64,000 nt of DNA from Actinomycetota bacterium (GTDB lineage Bacteria; Actinomycetota; CADDZG01; JAHWKV01). Where the stretch lies: assembly GCA_052389675.1 (NCBI GenBank), contig JBQTHR010000055.1, positions 57,616 through 121,615 on the forward strand, read 5' to 3'. Below are positions 9,661 through 22,196 of the stretch, piece by piece. Made by a program: the position numbers and the translations under genes. How positions within the stretch are numbered: the first letter of the stretch is position 1; every line of letters begins with the position of its first letter. The notes under the pieces were generated by a model that saw only the letters and a list, made by a program, of their open reading frames with translations, searched no databases and was not told the origin of the DNA.

Positions 9661-11565
9661 ATGGACGAGCAGTCGGGTTCCCACTCTGAGGCCGTGACCC
9701 CGGCGCAGTTTGCCCGGATCAGGGAGCTGGCCTTCCAGATGGGGCGCGACTCACTGATCTTGGTGGCTAGCTTCGCTTTCTCCCTTCTGCTGCGCTTCGA
9801 GTTTGAAGAGGTCCTACCCCGGGCCTCGCTGCGCTTCGCCGGGGTGGTGCTGCCGGTGCTGGTGGTTACGATGCTCGTTGCCGGCTGGTTGCGAGGGCTG
9901 TACAGCGGCATCCCTCAGTACACCGGGCTGAGCGATCTGTACCGGCTGGGCAGCGTCATGGTTGTCGTTTTCGTCGTCCTGCTGGTGATAACCGAGGTGC
10001 ACAACGCGGCCACGTCGTTTCGGCCGATGCCCCGCTCAGTCACGGTAATGGGAATCCTGCTGACCTTTGTGGGGATGGGCGGCGTGCGCATCGCCCGGCG
10101 GCTGATGGCCAGCGTGAAGTCCGGGAAGCCCGCAAGCGCGGTGGAGCGGGTGCTGATAGTGGGTGCGGGCGATGCCGGGGAGCACGTCGCCCGGGACATG
10201 CTGCGGGGTGGTTCCAAGTTCGTCCCGGTGGGGTTTTTGGATGACGACCCGGCGAAGGTCGGCCGGCGCATCCATGGATTGCCGGTCATCGGGACCACCA
10301 TGCAGGCGTCATATGCAGTTTCGTTCAGCGGTGCCGACCATGTCCTGGTTGCCCTGCCCAGCGCCCCTTCCCGGGTGCTCCAGGAGGTTCTGCGAAGAGT
10401 CAGCGTGCCCGGCGTTGGAATCAAGGTCCTGCCGAGCCTGGGCGAGCTCATGGGCGCTCCGGCCACCGCGGCCGACATCCGGGACGTTGACCTTGCCGAC
10501 CTCATCGCCCGGAGCCAGGTCAAGGTGGATATGGAGCAGATTGCTGGAATCGTCGACGGTAAGGTGGTGCTGATCACCGGTGCGGCCGGCTCTATCGGCA
10601 GCCAGCTGGCTCGCCAGGCGCTGCGCTTCCTGCCCCGCAAGTTGGTCCTGCTGGACAACGACGAAACCGATCTGTACGAAGTCGCCGGTCTGCTCCAGGC
10701 GCCAGCCCAAAGCGCAGGCGTGGAACTTAGGATCGAGGTGGCCGACATCCGCCATCCACAAAGAGTTGACCGGATCTTCCAGACACACCGGCCGCAATTG
10801 GTCTTCCATGCTGCCGCCTACAAGCAGGTGCCGGTGATGGAGGCGCATCCGGGCGAAGCGGTGGAAACCAACGTCTCGGGCACGCGCCACGTTGCCCGGG
10901 CGGCAGCGGCCGCCGGGACCGGCAGATTCGTGTTGGTTTCGACCGACAAGGCGGTCCGGCCGGCCGGGGTCATGGGGGCGACCAAGAACCTGGCGGAGGT
11001 GGTTGCCGCCGCTGAGGGGTCGGAGAGCATGACCGTCTCCTCAGTTCGCTTCGGCAACGTACTGGCGAGCCGGGGCAGCGTGGTCCCGACCTTTCGCCGG
11101 CAAATCGATCAGGGCGGCCCGATAACCGTGACGCACCGGGAGGCCACCCGCTACTTCATGACCATCGAGGAGGCGGTGTCGTTGATCTGGCAGGCGGCAG
11201 CTTTGGCCAACGGCCGGGATATTTTCGTGCTGGAGATGGGGGAGCCGGTGCGCATCTTCGATCTGGCCACCCGCATGAGGGAGATGTTCGCCAACGGGCG
11301 GGCCGATCAGATCGAGATCGTTGTAACCGGGTTGCGCCCGGGAGAGCGGTTGCACGAGGACATCGCCGCCGAGGGCGAGGCGTTCGAACCGGTGCGCCCG
11401 GGCATCCTTCGGGCGCCCCGCCCGCCCACCGGCTCCTACGAAGATCTGAGCGAGGCGATCGGGCGGCTGGAGCGGTTGGCGGGGCAGGGTGAGGCCGAAC
11501 CTGATTCGATCCGGGCGGAGTTGTTCCGGCTGGTCGAGCGCCGGGCGGGCGGCCCTCCGGCCTAG
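9661..11565 (+). CDS. Membrane-bound UDP-GlcNAc 4,6-dehydratase (CapD/PglF/WbpM family)
   Basis: Four N-terminal TMs, VLIVGAGDAG, LITGAAGSIGSQL, HAAAYKQVP, STDKAV..MGATK (Met in the YxxxK position), VRFGNVLASRGSVVP. Confidence 0.92.
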   Translation: MDEQSGSHSEAVTPAQFARIRELAFQMGRDSLILVASFAFSLLLRFEFEEVLPRASLRFAGVVLPVLVVTMLVAGWLRGLYSGIPQYTGLSDLYRLGSVMVVVFVVLLVITEVHNAATSFRPMPRSVTVMGILLTFVGMGGVRIARRLMASVKSGKPASAVERVLIVGAGDAGEHVARDMLRGGSKFVPVGFLDDDPAKVGRRIHGLPVIGTTMQASYAVSFSGADHVLVALPSAPSRVLQEVLRRVSVPGVGIKVLPSLGELMGAPATAADIRDVDLADLIARSQVKVDMEQIAGIVDGKVVLITGAAGSIGSQLARQALRFLPRKLVLLDNDETDLYEVAGLLQAPAQSAGVELRIEVADIRHPQRVDRIFQTHRPQLVFHAAAYKQVPVMEAHPGEAVETNVSGTRHVARAAAAAGTGRFVLVSTDKAVRPAGVMGATKNLAEVVAAAEGSESMTVSSVRFGNVLASRGSVVPTFRRQIDQGGPITVTHREATRYFMTIEEAVSLIWQAAALANGRDIFVLEMGEPVRIFDLATRMREMFANGRADQIEIVVTGLRPGERLHEDIAAEGEAFEPVRPGILRAPRPPTGSYEDLSEAIGRLERLAGQGEAEPDSIRAELFRLVERRAGGPPA

Positions 11566-11590
11566 CTGGCTTAGCACAGGCCCTCCAAGC

Positions 11591-12571
11591 ATGAACGATC
11601 TGGCCGCCGGGGCCTTGACTTTGGTGTTGTGCGCCGGGCTTTGCCCGCCGACCATCCGTTTGCTGCGCCGGTTTCGGGTGCTCGACCATCCGAATGAACG
11701 GTCGATGCACCAGGCTCCCACCCCCCGGGGCGGGGGCATCGCCCCGATGCTCGCAGTGCTCGCGGGGCTGTTGACGGCGTCGTCGCTGTCGGGGGTCGCT
11801 CGCTGGGGGCTGGTGGTCGCAGTGGTAGGTTTCGGGCTGATCGGGCTGGCCGAGGACGTGGTCAAGGTTGCCCCAAAGCCCAGGCTGGTTCTGCAAGCCC
11901 TGGTCAGTGCCGGAGTGGCCGCTGTGCTGGTGCCGGGGGGGCCGGTGCGCTACCTGCTGCTGTCGGTTTGCTTGCTCTGGCTGGTTGCCTACGCCAACGC
12001 GTTCAACTTCATGGATGGCATGAACGGGATGTCGGTTGCCCAGGTGCTGGCTGCTGGGCTGGGCTGGCTGGCGGTTGGGTGGCAGGCGCAGATCCCGGAG
12101 TTGCGCACCGCCGGGATCATCTGTGCCGCCGCTGCGCTGGGGTTCGTGCCGTTCAACTTCCCCAGAGCGAAGGTCTTTCTGGGCGATACCGGCAGCTTGC
12201 TGTTCGGCGGCCTGCTGGGAGCTACGGCGGTGCTGGGGATTCGCTTGGGTGCTCCGCCGGAGGCAGCGCTGGCGCCGCTGGCGATTTACCTGGCCGACAC
12301 CGGCACCACCTTGGTGCGCCGGGCCCGCCGGGGAGCGAACCTGATGTCTGCCCACCGGGAGCACGTTTACCAGCGGCTAGCCGATGCGGGTTGGGCCCCT
12401 GCGAGGGTGGCGGCGTTCACCTTCGCATCGATGGTGGAGTGCTCGCTGCTGGGGCTGATCAGCCTGGAGGCTTCCGGAGCGCTCCGGGTAACGGCCGGAG
12501 CAGCGATATTGGGCGTGGTGGCGATCTATCTGCGCTCGCCGGTACTAGCCGAACGGGCCCGCGAAAGATGA
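11591..12571 (+). CDS. MraY/WecA-family polyprenyl-phosphate HexNAc-1-P transferase
   Basis: [46 protein letters not shown] at 11591 preferred. Confidence 0.9.
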   Translation: MNDLAAGALTLVLCAGLCPPTIRLLRRFRVLDHPNERSMHQAPTPRGGGIAPMLAVLAGLLTASSLSGVARWGLVVAVVGFGLIGLAEDVVKVAPKPRLVLQALVSAGVAAVLVPGGPVRYLLLSVCLLWLVAYANAFNFMDGMNGMSVAQVLAAGLGWLAVGWQAQIPELRTAGIICAAAALGFVPFNFPRAKVFLGDTGSLLFGGLLGATAVLGIRLGAPPEAALAPLAIYLADTGTTLVRRARRGANLMSAHREHVYQRLADAGWAPARVAAFTFASMVECSLLGLISLEASGALRVTAGAAILGVVAIYLRSPVLAERARER

Positions 12572-13656
12572 CCACCGTTTTGCATGTTGCCGCGGTCGAG
12601 TACACAATTCGCCGGCTTCTTTTATCCCAGTTGTCGGCTCTTAAGGAGCGTGGGTTCGACGTGCGGGTGGCGTGCGCGCCGGAGGGCAAGGAGTTCGCCG
12701 AATCACTTCGCCCGTTCGGCCCGGTTGAGCTACGTTTTCCACGCTCGCCGGATCCGCGGCGCCTTGCCTCGGCAGCCCGTTCGTTGCGCCAACTGCTGGA
12801 CGGGCTTCGCCCGGCGATCGTCCATTTCCACACCCCGGCTGCTTCGTTGCCCGGCCGGGCTCTCGCTGCCCTGCCCGCCGCCCACCGGCCGCTGATCGCC
12901 CAGACCGTTCACGGGTCCCGGGGTCTTGCCGGAGTTGAGCGGGCGCTTAGCCGGATCACCGACCTGTCTTTGTTCGTCTCCGCCGAGTCGTTGCGGGAGG
13001 CGGAGCGCCTCGGCCACCAGGGGAAGCTGCGCTTCGCCGGCAACGGTTTGGCGCCCGAGTGGTTCGTGGATCAGGTTCTTCCCGGAGTGCGCACCGGGCC
13101 GCTCAGGGCGATCTTTTCCGGGAGGCTGGTCCGGGAAAAGGGAATCGTAGAGCTCATCGATGCTCTGCCCATCGACGGCCGCATCCATCTGACGGTAGCG
13201 GGCGACCAACTGGCCACCGATAGGGATGGCGTCGCCGAACAGGTGCGTGCCCGGGCAGCCGCCTGCGCCGGAACTATCGAACTGGCCGGCATGGTCGAGC
13301 CGGGCGAAGTGCGCCGGCTCCTGAGGGCGGCGGATCTGTTCGTCCTGCCCAGCCGGAGGGAAGGACTGCCGCTATCTGTTTTGGAGGCGATGGCCAGCGG
13401 CCTGCCCGTCATCGCCACCGACATCTCGGGCTGCCGGGAACTGGTTTCCGATGGTGAGAACGGCTGGCTGATTCCCCCGGGTGACAGGGGGGCCCTACGG
13501 GAGGCCCTGCAGCAAGCGGTTGCTGCCAGTCCGGAGGTGCTGTTGGCGCTGGGTAGGGCCAGCCGGGCCCGAGCTGAGCCCTACCGGCTGGAGCGCACCG
13601 TGGACGCAGTTGTTGCCGGTTACGCAGAACTCGGTGTGAGCGGTGCCGGGCGATGA
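12568..13656 (+). CDS. Glycosyltransferase family 4
   Basis: [39 protein letters not shown] overlaps upstream stop (ATGA). Confidence 0.9.
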   Translation: MTTVLHVAAVEYTIRRLLLSQLSALKERGFDVRVACAPEGKEFAESLRPFGPVELRFPRSPDPRRLASAARSLRQLLDGLRPAIVHFHTPAASLPGRALAALPAAHRPLIAQTVHGSRGLAGVERALSRITDLSLFVSAESLREAERLGHQGKLRFAGNGLAPEWFVDQVLPGVRTGPLRAIFSGRLVREKGIVELIDALPIDGRIHLTVAGDQLATDRDGVAEQVRARAAACAGTIELAGMVEPGEVRRLLRAADLFVLPSRREGLPLSVLEAMASGLPVIATDISGCRELVSDGENGWLIPPGDRGALREALQQAVAASPEVLLALGRASRARAEPYRLERTVDAVVAGYAELGVSGAGR

Positions 13657-13697
13657 CCGACCGGAGCCAACTTGAGGCCCGAAGGGCCCGGCCGCGA

Positions 13698-13726
13698 TTG
13701 ACCGAGCACCTTGCTGGTGTTACGTT
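13698..13726 (+). promoter_or_regulatory. Housekeeping-sigma promoter of the str/S10 cluster
   Basis: TTGACC-17 nt-TACGTT with TGn extension, about 200 nt upstream of rpsL. Confidence 0.7.
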
Positions 13727-13930
13727 ATGTCCTTGTGTGCGTGTCTCACGCGAGGTTTCGCACGCACCCCGTATCCGATCTGGTTTCGGGGCAGTTAAGT
13801 CGCCCGAGTAGCACCTTTGAACAACGGGCGATCCCCCAATTTGAAGTAACCGGCAACGGATCCCTGACCTCCGCGCAAGCGGTAGGCCGGACCGACTGTC
13901 GCCGGATCTTGAGCAAAGGAACAACGGTAG

Positions 13931-14775
<845 letters not shown>

Positions 14776-14867
14776 GCGGCAACTGTTCGGCAAGGTGGAG
14801 GAACTAGCCCTTTGGACGCGGGTTACCGGAAGGTCGCTCAGGCTTAGCGCCTGGAGCTTTGACTGAC

Positions 14868-14897
14868 CGGCCGGGTGGCTTGCCCGGCCGATTTTGT
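14868..14897 (+). terminator. Terminator-like hairpin in the rpsG-fusA spacer
   Basis: CGGCCGGG/CCCGGCCG 8-bp GC stem followed by ATTTTGT. Confidence 0.45.
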
Positions 14898-14935
14898 GTC
14901 CGGGCTCGGCCTCATGAAACGTTGGGAAAGAAGAG

Positions 14936-17074
14936 ATGACGAACAAGGTTATGGACAAAAAAGAAGCGATTCAGACCAAGCAGAAGGTCTCCTCGATAAG
15001 GGAGATCCCGCTCAGCCGTACCCGCAACATCGGGATCATGGCGCACATCGACGCGGGAAAAACGACCACAACCGAGCGCATCCTCTATTATACCGGCCGC
15101 ACCTACAAGATCGGCGAGGTCCATGACGGCGCGGCTGTCATGGATTGGATGGTTCAGGAGCAGGAGCGGGGGATCACGATCACCTCAGCTTCCACGACCG
15201 CCAAGTGGAAAAACCACGTGATCAACATCATCGACACCCCCGGCCACGTAGATTTCACGGTCGAGGTAGAGCGGTCCCTTCGAGTTCTCGACGGGGCCGT
15301 TGCTGTTTTTGACGCGGTTTCCGGCGTCGAGCCTCAAACCGAGACGGTCTGGCGGCAGGCGGACAAGTTCAAGGTTCCCCGGATCTGCTTCGTGAACAAG
15401 ATGGACCGGATCGGCGCCGACTATTTCTCCGCGGTGGAGAGCATGCGGGAACGCCTGGGCGCCCATCCCCTTCCCATCCAGATCCCTTGGGGCCAGGAAT
15501 CGGAGTTTCACGGAGTCATAGACCTCATCGAGATGAAGGGTTACTTCTGGACCTCCGAGGATGGTGAGGATTACGAGGTACGTGACATCCCGGCCGAGCT
15601 CAAGCAAGAGGCCGAGCATTGGCGCCACGAGCTTTACGAAGCGGTAGCCGAGTTCGACGAAGAGGTCATGGAGGCCTACATCCACGGCCACGAGGCGTCA
15701 AACGAGCACCTGATGTCCGCTTTGCGCAAGGCGACGCTGGCCAATGAGGCCCAGCCCGTCCTGTGCGGATCGGCATTCAAGAACAAGGGCGTTCAGAAGA
15801 TGCTCGATGCGGTTGTGCAGTACCTTCCATCGCCGGTGGACATCCCGCCGGTAACCGGTGAGGTGCCGCGCACCGGGGACACCGTAGAGCGCTCTGCGAG
15901 CGACGAAGAGCCGTTTTGCGCTCTCGCTTTCAAGATCATGTCGGACCCTCACGTGGGCCGGATCACCTACATGCGGGTGTACTCGGGCGCCATGCGCAGC
16001 GGCGGTGCCCTGCTCAACACCACCCGCGACCGCAAGGAGCGTGCCGGGCGGCTCATGCAGATGCACGCCAACCACCGGGAGGACCTGGCGGCCACCCAGA
16101 CGGGCGACATCGTCGCAGTCGTCGGGTTGCGCCACACGCTTACCGGGGACACGCTGTGCGATCCGGAGTTCCCGATCGTTTTGGAGTCGCCCACTTTTGC
16201 CCAGCCGGTTATCCACCTGGCCATCGAGCCTAAGACCAAGATCGACCAGGACAAGCTCGGCACGGCCTTGCACCGGCTGAGCGAAGAGGATCCCACGTTC
16301 AAGATTCACACCGACGAGGAGACCGGGCAGACCATCATCGCCGGAATGGGGGAACTGCACTTGGAGGTTCTGGTGGACCGTCTGACGCGCGAGTTCAACG
16401 TGGATGCCAACGTCGGCCGTCCTCAGGTGGCCTACCGGGAGAGCATCACCAGGACGGTGGACCGGCACATCACCCGTTACATCAAGCAGACCGGTGGCAA
16501 AGGCCAGTTCGCCCACGTTGAGATCGCTTTGGAGCCGATGGGCCCGGGCGGCGGCTACGAGTTTGTCAACAAGATCAAGGGCGGCGCCATCCCCACCGAG
16601 TACATCCCCTCCGTGGACGAGGGGATCCAGCAGGCTATGCAATCGGGCGTCTTGGCCGGCTACCCGCTGGTGGACGTTCGTGCGGTTCTGACCGACGGAT
16701 CTTTCCACGAGGTCGACTCTTCAGAGATGGCATTCAAGATCGCCGGGTCTATGGCGCTCAAAGAGGCTGCCCGCAAGGCCGACCCGCAACTGCTGGAGCC
16801 GGTTATGGAGGTAGAGGTGGTAACGCCGGAGCAGTTCATGGGCGACGTTATCGGAGATTTGAACTCCCGGCGCGGCAGGATCGAGAAGATGGATAATCGT
16901 GGTCAGCTCCAGTTTATTCGAGCCCAGGTTCCGCTCTCCCAGATGTTTGGCTACGCAACCGATCTGCGGAGCAGCACTCAGGGCCGGGCCACCTACACCA
17001 TGCAGTTCCACTCGTATCAGCCGGTTCCCAGGGCCTTGGCCGACGAGATCGTGAAAAAGGTCAGAGGCGAGTAA
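14936..17074 (+). CDS. fusA: Elongation factor G
   Basis: [39 protein letters not shown]. Confidence 0.99.
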   Translation: MTNKVMDKKEAIQTKQKVSSIREIPLSRTRNIGIMAHIDAGKTTTTERILYYTGRTYKIGEVHDGAAVMDWMVQEQERGITITSASTTAKWKNHVINIIDTPGHVDFTVEVERSLRVLDGAVAVFDAVSGVEPQTETVWRQADKFKVPRICFVNKMDRIGADYFSAVESMRERLGAHPLPIQIPWGQESEFHGVIDLIEMKGYFWTSEDGEDYEVRDIPAELKQEAEHWRHELYEAVAEFDEEVMEAYIHGHEASNEHLMSALRKATLANEAQPVLCGSAFKNKGVQKMLDAVVQYLPSPVDIPPVTGEVPRTGDTVERSASDEEPFCALAFKIMSDPHVGRITYMRVYSGAMRSGGALLNTTRDRKERAGRLMQMHANHREDLAATQTGDIVAVVGLRHTLTGDTLCDPEFPIVLESPTFAQPVIHLAIEPKTKIDQDKLGTALHRLSEEDPTFKIHTDEETGQTIIAGMGELHLEVLVDRLTREFNVDANVGRPQVAYRESITRTVDRHITRYIKQTGGKGQFAHVEIALEPMGPGGGYEFVNKIKGGAIPTEYIPSVDEGIQQAMQSGVLAGYPLVDVRAVLTDGSFHEVDSSEMAFKIAGSMALKEAARKADPQLLEPVMEVEVVTPEQFMGDVIGDLNSRRGRIEKMDNRGQLQFIRAQVPLSQMFGYATDLRSSTQGRATYTMQFHSYQPVPRALADEIVKKVRGE

Positions 17075-17082
17075 GGACCAAA

Positions 17083-17394
17083 ATGGCAGCCGGACAGAGG
17101 ATTCGTATCAAGCTGAAGGCCTATCACCATGAGGTGATAGACCAGAGCGCGCGCAAGATCGTGGACACGGTTAACCGGACCGGTGCTTCGGTGCACGGGC
17201 CCATCCCGTTGCCCACCCGGATAGAAAAGTTCGCGGTGATCCGGTCGCCGTTTAAGGACAAGGACTCCCGTGAACACTTCGAGATGAGGACTCACAAGCG
17301 GATCATTGACATCGTGGACCCCACCCCAAAGACCGTCGACTCGTTGATGCGGTTGGACCTGCCGGCCGGCGTCGATATCGAGATCAAGCTATGA
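17083..17394 (+). CDS. rpsJ: 30S ribosomal protein S10
   Basis: [27 protein letters not shown]. Confidence 0.99.
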   Translation: MAAGQRIRIKLKAYHHEVIDQSARKIVDTVNRTGASVHGPIPLPTRIEKFAVIRSPFKDKDSREHFEMRTHKRIIDIVDPTPKTVDSLMRLDLPAGVDIEIKL

Positions 17395-17406
17395 AAGACG
17401 CCTTCT

Positions 17407-18057
17407 GTGGCTGAGATTACCAAGGGTATCCTGGGTCGCAAGGTCGGCATGACCCAGATCTTCGACGAGAACTCCCGGGTGGTGCCGGTAACCGTGATCC
17501 AGGCGGGCCCCTGCCACGTCTCGGGAGTGCGGACCGTGGACAACGACGGATACTCGGCCATCCAGCTCACCTTCGGTCGGGTTGCCGAGCGCAGGTTGAG
17601 CAAGCCGGAGGCGGGGCATCTGAACAAACAGAGCGTGCCGGCGGCCCGCCACCTGATGGAGTTGCGGCTAAAGGACGTCAGCGGCTTCACCGTCGGCCAG
17701 GAGCTAAAGGCGGACGTGTTTGCCAAGGGCGAGCGAGCCGACGTGGTTGGGGTTTCCAAGGGCAAGGGCTTCGCCGGCGTTATGAAGAGACACAACTTTG
17801 CGGGTAAGTCGGCCAGTCACGGCACACAGCGCAAGCACCGTTCACCCGGGTCGATCGGCGCTTGCGCCACCCCGAGCCGGGTGTTTAAAGGCATGCGAAT
17901 GGCCGGTCACATGGGCCACCAGCGGGTGACCATGCTGAACCTCGAAGTTGTCGAGGCTAACCCCGACAAGGACCTGCTGCTCATCAGAGGAGCGGTTCCC
18001 GGACCCAACGGCGGGGTTGTACTGGTGCGTTCCACCAACCGCGGGTCGGGTAGCTGA
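17407..18057 (+). CDS. rplC: 50S ribosomal protein L3
   Basis: [25 protein letters not shown]. Confidence 0.99.
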   Translation: MAEITKGILGRKVGMTQIFDENSRVVPVTVIQAGPCHVSGVRTVDNDGYSAIQLTFGRVAERRLSKPEAGHLNKQSVPAARHLMELRLKDVSGFTVGQELKADVFAKGERADVVGVSKGKGFAGVMKRHNFAGKSASHGTQRKHRSPGSIGACATPSRVFKGMRMAGHMGHQRVTMLNLEVVEANPDKDLLLIRGAVPGPNGGVVLVRSTNRGSGS

Positions 18058-18779
18058 TGGCCGACGCACTCAAGGCTCCGGTCTTCGGAGCAGATGGTAA
18101 AAAGTCGGAGGTCGAGCTGCCCGGCAGGTTCAACGTCGAGGTCAACCCACCCATCATGCACGCCGTTGTGCGAGCGCAGCTGGCTGCGGCACGAGCGGGC
18201 ACCCATTCAACCAAGACCCGGGCCGAGGTCAGCGGTGGTGGCGTAAAGCCTTGGCGCCAGAAGGGTACCGGCCGGGCTCGCCACGGATCCAACCGGGAGC
18301 CGCAATGGGTCGGCGGCGGAGTAGCCCACGGCCCCAAGCCGCGGGACTACACCATGCGCATCAACAAGAAGGAAAGAGCGCTGGCGCTGAACTCGGCGCT
18401 AACCGTGCGTGCCCGCGAGGGAGCGGTGCGAATTGTGGACTTTCCGGAGTTCGCCGTCCCGGAGACCAAGAAGGCGATCGGCCTGCTGGATCAATGGAAC
18501 GCCCGGGGCAAGGTATTGCTGGTCGTCGGGCCATCCGGATCCGAGGAGATTTACAAGTCGTTTCGCAACCTTCCCAACGTGATGAGTGTTGCCGCCCCCT
18601 CCGCCTACACGGTGCTGGCAGCCGACACGGTGGTTATCAGCCGCCCGGTGTTCGAGGCCATGGCCGGTACAGCCGGCGAGAAGGATGAGGCGGATGACGC
18701 CAGCGACGCCAGCGAAAAGGATGAGGCGGATGACGCTAGCGCCAGCAACGACGCCGACAAGGGTGGTGATCACGAATGA
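18057..18779 (+). CDS. rplD: 50S ribosomal protein L4 with acidic C-terminal tail
   Basis: [15 protein letters not shown]. Confidence 0.98.
   Translation: MADALKAPVFGADGKKSEVELPGRFNVEVNPPIMHAVVRAQLAAARAGTHSTKTRAEVSGGGVKPWRQKGTGRARHGSNREPQWVGGGVAHGPKPRDYTMRINKKERALALNSALTVRAREGAVRIVDFPEFAVPETKKAIGLLDQWNARGKVLLVVGPSGSEEIYKSFRNLPNVMSVAAPSAYTVLAADTVVISRPVFEAMAGTAGEKDEADDASDASEKDEADDASASNDADKGGDHE
18678..18746 (+). repeat. Imperfect tandem duplication (36-nt period) encoding EKDEADDAS twice in the L4 tail
   Basis: GAGAAGGATGAGGCGGATGACGCCAGC and GAAAAGGATGAGGCGGATGACGCTAGC. Confidence 0.85.
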
Positions 18780-19063
18780 ACTCCGCTCGCGATGTCATTT
18801 TGCGGCCGGTGGTCAGCGAGAAATCGTACGCACTCATCGAGGAGAACAGCTACACATTCATCGTCCATCCGGACGCCAACAAGGTGGCTATCCGTCAGGC
18901 GGTAGAAGACATCTGGAACGTTAAAGTTTTGAGCGTCAACACCAGCAACCGGCGGGGCAAGGTCAAACGGACCCGGATGGGCAATGGAGTGCGCAACAAG
19001 ACCCGCCGAGCGATCGTGAGGCTCGCCGAAGGCGACAAGATCGAGATCTTCGAGACGAGGTAG
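18776..19063 (+). CDS. rplW: 50S ribosomal protein L23
   Basis: [19 protein letters not shown]; operon position. Confidence 0.98.
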   Translation: MNSARDVILRPVVSEKSYALIEENSYTFIVHPDANKVAIRQAVEDIWNVKVLSVNTSNRRGKVKRTRMGNGVRNKTRRAIVRLAEGDKIEIFETR

Positions 19064-19066
19064 GTA

Positions 19067-19897
19067 ATGGGAGTACGCAAGTCAAGGCCGGTCACCCCCG
19101 GCCGCCGGGGAATGTCGCACTCGGATTTTTCCGAGGTGACCCGGTCGCGCCCCGAGCGCAGTTTGGTCCGTTCCAAGCCCAAGAAGGCGGGGCGCAACGT
19201 CCACGGACGCATCACGGTGCGGCATCAGGGGGGAGGCCACAAGCAGAAGTACCGGCTGGTGGACTTTCGCCGGGACAAGGACGGGATACCGGCTCGAGTG
19301 GCCGAAATAGAGTACGACCCCAATCGCAACGCCCGGATTGCCCTGTTGAACTATGTCGACGGTGAGAAGCGCTACATTCTGGCGCCGGCCAAGATCACGG
19401 TCGGGGACCTGCTCATGAGCGGTCCGCAGGCTGAGATCCGGCCGGGCAATGCGCTGGCTTTGGCGAACATCCCGCTGGGCACCGTCGTCCACAATGTGGA
19501 ACTCAAGCCCGGGGGTGGCGGCAAGATGGCCCGGGCAGCCGGTGCGTCGGTTCAACTGATTGCCCGGGAAGGCAAGGCCGCCACGCTCAGATTGCCCTCC
19601 TCCGAGGTTCGCCAGGTGCCGGTGACCTGCCGGGCCACCGTTGGCGAGGTAGGCAACTCGGAGTTCGAGCTGATCCAGATCGGCAAAGCCGGCCGGGCTC
19701 GCTGGATGAACCAGCGTCCGAGCGTGCGAGGCGTCGCCATGAACCCGGTCGACCACCCGCTGGGTGGCGGAGAGGGCAAGGCGTCGGGCGGGCGTCATCC
19801 CACCACCCCTTGGGGTAAGCCGGAGGGCCGCACCCGCAGGGAAGGCAAGTATTCGGATCAGGCGATCGTTCGCCGTCGTGGAAGCAAGAGAGGCTAG
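19067..19897 (+). CDS. rplB: 50S ribosomal protein L2
   Basis: [29 protein letters not shown]. Confidence 0.99.
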   Translation: MGVRKSRPVTPGRRGMSHSDFSEVTRSRPERSLVRSKPKKAGRNVHGRITVRHQGGGHKQKYRLVDFRRDKDGIPARVAEIEYDPNRNARIALLNYVDGEKRYILAPAKITVGDLLMSGPQAEIRPGNALALANIPLGTVVHNVELKPGGGGKMARAAGASVQLIAREGKAATLRLPSSEVRQVPVTCRATVGEVGNSEFELIQIGKAGRARWMNQRPSVRGVAMNPVDHPLGGGEGKASGGRHPTTPWGKPEGRTRREGKYSDQAIVRRRGSKRG

Positions 19898-19955
19898 CGC
19901 AATGAGCCAAGTGAGAACCGTCTTGTGTCGGCTGCGACGGAAAGGAGCCTAGGCC

Positions 19956-20240
19956 GTGCCGCGCAGCATGAAGAAGGGTCCATTCGTGGACGACCATCTC
20001 CTCAAGAAGGTGGACGATCAGAACAAACGGGGGGAGAAGCGAGTGATCAAGACCTGGTCGCGTCGCTCAACCTTGATCCCCGACATGGTCGGCCACACTC
20101 TCGCCGTGCACGACGGGCGCAAGCACGTGCCCGTGTACGTCACAGAGTCCATGGTCGGCCACAAGCTCGGAGAGTTTGCTCCCACCCGCACCTTCCGGAC
20201 CCATGGCCACCACACCGAGAAGAGCTCAAGGCTTAAGTGA
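19956..20240 (+). CDS. rpsS: 30S ribosomal protein S19
   Basis: [23 protein letters not shown]. Confidence 0.99.
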   Translation: MPRSMKKGPFVDDHLLKKVDDQNKRGEKRVIKTWSRRSTLIPDMVGHTLAVHDGRKHVPVYVTESMVGHKLGEFAPTRTFRTHGHHTEKSSRLK

Positions 20241-20737
20241 TGGCCAACCAGACAACTGTGCCGACCTACAGGGCGGGAGCCAGGTTCATCAGGATCAGCC
20301 CGTACAAGGTGCGTGAGGTGGCCGCAATCATCAAGGGTAAGCACGTTGACGAAGCGCGCCGCATCCTGGCGTTCACGCCGAAGGCGGCCAGTGAGACGGT
20401 GTCGAAGATTCTCGAAAGCGCCATCGCCAACGCAGAACACAACTTTTCGATCCCCCAAGACGAGTTGTACGTTAAGTTTGTCTCTGCGGACGAGGGAGTA
20501 ACGATCAAGAGGTTCCGCCCCCGCGCTCAAGGTCGCGGCTACCGGATCCGCAAGCGCACGTCGCACATTAACCTGGAGTTGGAACGCCGGGTTCCCGAGA
20601 GGCAGCCGGTCCGCCGGTCAGACAGGGCCACCACTTCTACCTCAAACAAGGCAACGGGCACGAGGGCGGACGCCGGCGGCGCCAAGAAGCCGGCTCCTCG
20701 CACCTCGAGGACCGCCAAAACCGAAGAGAGCAAGTAA
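20240..20737 (+). CDS. rplV: 50S ribosomal protein L22 with C-terminal extension
   Basis: [25 protein letters not shown]. Start at 20237 (GTG) or 20240 (ATG). Confidence 0.97.
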   Translation: MANQTTVPTYRAGARFIRISPYKVREVAAIIKGKHVDEARRILAFTPKAASETVSKILESAIANAEHNFSIPQDELYVKFVSADEGVTIKRFRPRAQGRGYRIRKRTSHINLELERRVPERQPVRRSDRATTSTSNKATGTRADAGGAKKPAPRTSRTAKTEESK

Positions 20738-21777
20738 TGGGTCAAAAGGTTCACCCCTACGGACTGAGACTGGGCATCACCACCGACTGGAAGTCGCGCT
20801 GGTTTGCTGACGGTGCCCAGTACCGCGACTACATAGAGCAGGACAATAAGATCCGGGACTACCTGGTGAAGCTGCTGCCGCACGCAGCCATCGGGCGGGT
20901 GGAGATCGAGCGAACCCGCGAGCGGGTGCGGGTGACCGTCCACACCGCCCGGCCGGGAATCGTTATTGGCCGCCGTGGGGCGCAGGCGGACGAGATACGC
21001 AGCTACCTGGAAAAGATGGAGAGCAAGGCTGCCCGAGCGCAGACCGGCAAGGACGTCAATGTGCAGGTCAATCTGGACATTGTCGAGGTGAAGACGCCGG
21101 ACGCCGATGCCCAGTTGCTATCGCAAGCTATCGCTGAACAACTTGCTTCCCGGGTTTCTTTCCGCCGGGCGATGCGCAAGGCGGTTAACACAGCCGTGAA
21201 GGCGGGTGCCCTGGGCGTAAAGGTGCAAACCTCAGGACGCTTGGGCGGTGCTGAAATGAGCCGGCGTGAGGGCTACCACGAAGGCAAGGTGCCGCTTCAC
21301 ACCCTTCGGGCAGATATTGATTATGGATTCTCCGAATCGGCCACTGCCGCCGGGCAGATCGGTGTCAAGGTTTGGATCTATAAGGGCGAGGTTATCGTCC
21401 AACGGGACTCGGCAGCACGCCGGGCGGCTGCGGCTGCCGCGGCTCCGCCCCCTCCGCCCGCCCCGGTGCCACCGCACCGGAGCGAGCGCTCCGGCCGACC
21501 CAAAGCGTCACCGGTGAGAACGAGTACGGTGGCCCCCCGGCCCCCTACCGCCCAGTCAACGCCAGCCCCGGCAGCCCCAGCGGCCCCCGCCCCAGCGGCC
21601 CCCGCCCCAGCAGCCCCGGCAGCCCCGGCCCCCAGCCAGGCAGCCCCGGCAGCCCCGGCAGCCCCGGCAGCCCCGGCGACGTCTGCTGTTGAGCCAGGCG
21701 CGTCCCAGCCGGTGCAGGCCAACGCCGCTCAGACAGCCGGAGAATCGACCAACGACGCGGACGAGGTGAAGGCCTGA
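20737..21777 (+). CDS. rpsC: 30S ribosomal protein S3 with long Pro/Ala-rich tail
   Basis: [32 protein letters not shown]. Confidence 0.99.
   Translation: MGQKVHPYGLRLGITTDWKSRWFADGAQYRDYIEQDNKIRDYLVKLLPHAAIGRVEIERTRERVRVTVHTARPGIVIGRRGAQADEIRSYLEKMESKAARAQTGKDVNVQVNLDIVEVKTPDADAQLLSQAIAEQLASRVSFRRAMRKAVNTAVKAGALGVKVQTSGRLGGAEMSRREGYHEGKVPLHTLRADIDYGFSESATAAGQIGVKVWIYKGEVIVQRDSAARRAAAAAAAPPPPPAPVPPHRSERSGRPKASPVRTSTVAPRPPTAQSTPAPAAPAAPAPAAPAPAAPAAPAPSQAAPAAPAAPAAPATSAVEPGASQPVQANAAQTAGESTNDADEVKA
21562..21678 (+). repeat. Low-complexity 9/15-nt repeats encoding (AAP/APAAP)n in the S3 tail
   Basis: Multiple GCAGCCCCG units. Confidence 0.85.
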
Positions 21778-22196
21778 TGCTCACCCCCAGACGGGTTCGG
21801 CACCGCAAAGTGCACCGTGGCAGGCGCCGGGGAATGGCCAAGGGGGGCACTACGGTGCACTTCGGCGATTATGGACTGCAGGCTCTAGAGGCGGCGTGGA
21901 TCACCAACCGTCAGATCGAGTCGGCCCGAGTTGCCATCACCCGCCATGTCAAGCGCGGCGGCCGGGTGTGGATCAACATCTTCCCGGACAAGCCTTACAC
22001 CAAGAAGCCGGCCGAGACCCGGATGGGTTCCGGGAAGGGCAACCCGGAAGGCTGGGTGGCGGTGGTTAAGCCGGGAAGGGTGATGTTCGAGTTGACCGGA
22101 GTTCCGGTGGAGGTGGCCAAGGAGGCCATGCGCCTGGCCGGTCATAAGCTTCCGATCAAGACCCGCTTCGTGACCCGGGAGGTAACCGAGCTATGA
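21777..22196 (+). CDS. rplP: 50S ribosomal protein L16
   Basis: [14 protein letters not shown]. Confidence 0.99.
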   Translation: MLTPRRVRHRKVHRGRRRGMAKGGTTVHFGDYGLQALEAAWITNRQIESARVAITRHVKRGGRVWINIFPDKPYTKKPAETRMGSGKGNPEGWVAVVKPGRVMFELTGVPVEVAKEAMRLAGHKLPIKTRFVTREVTEL

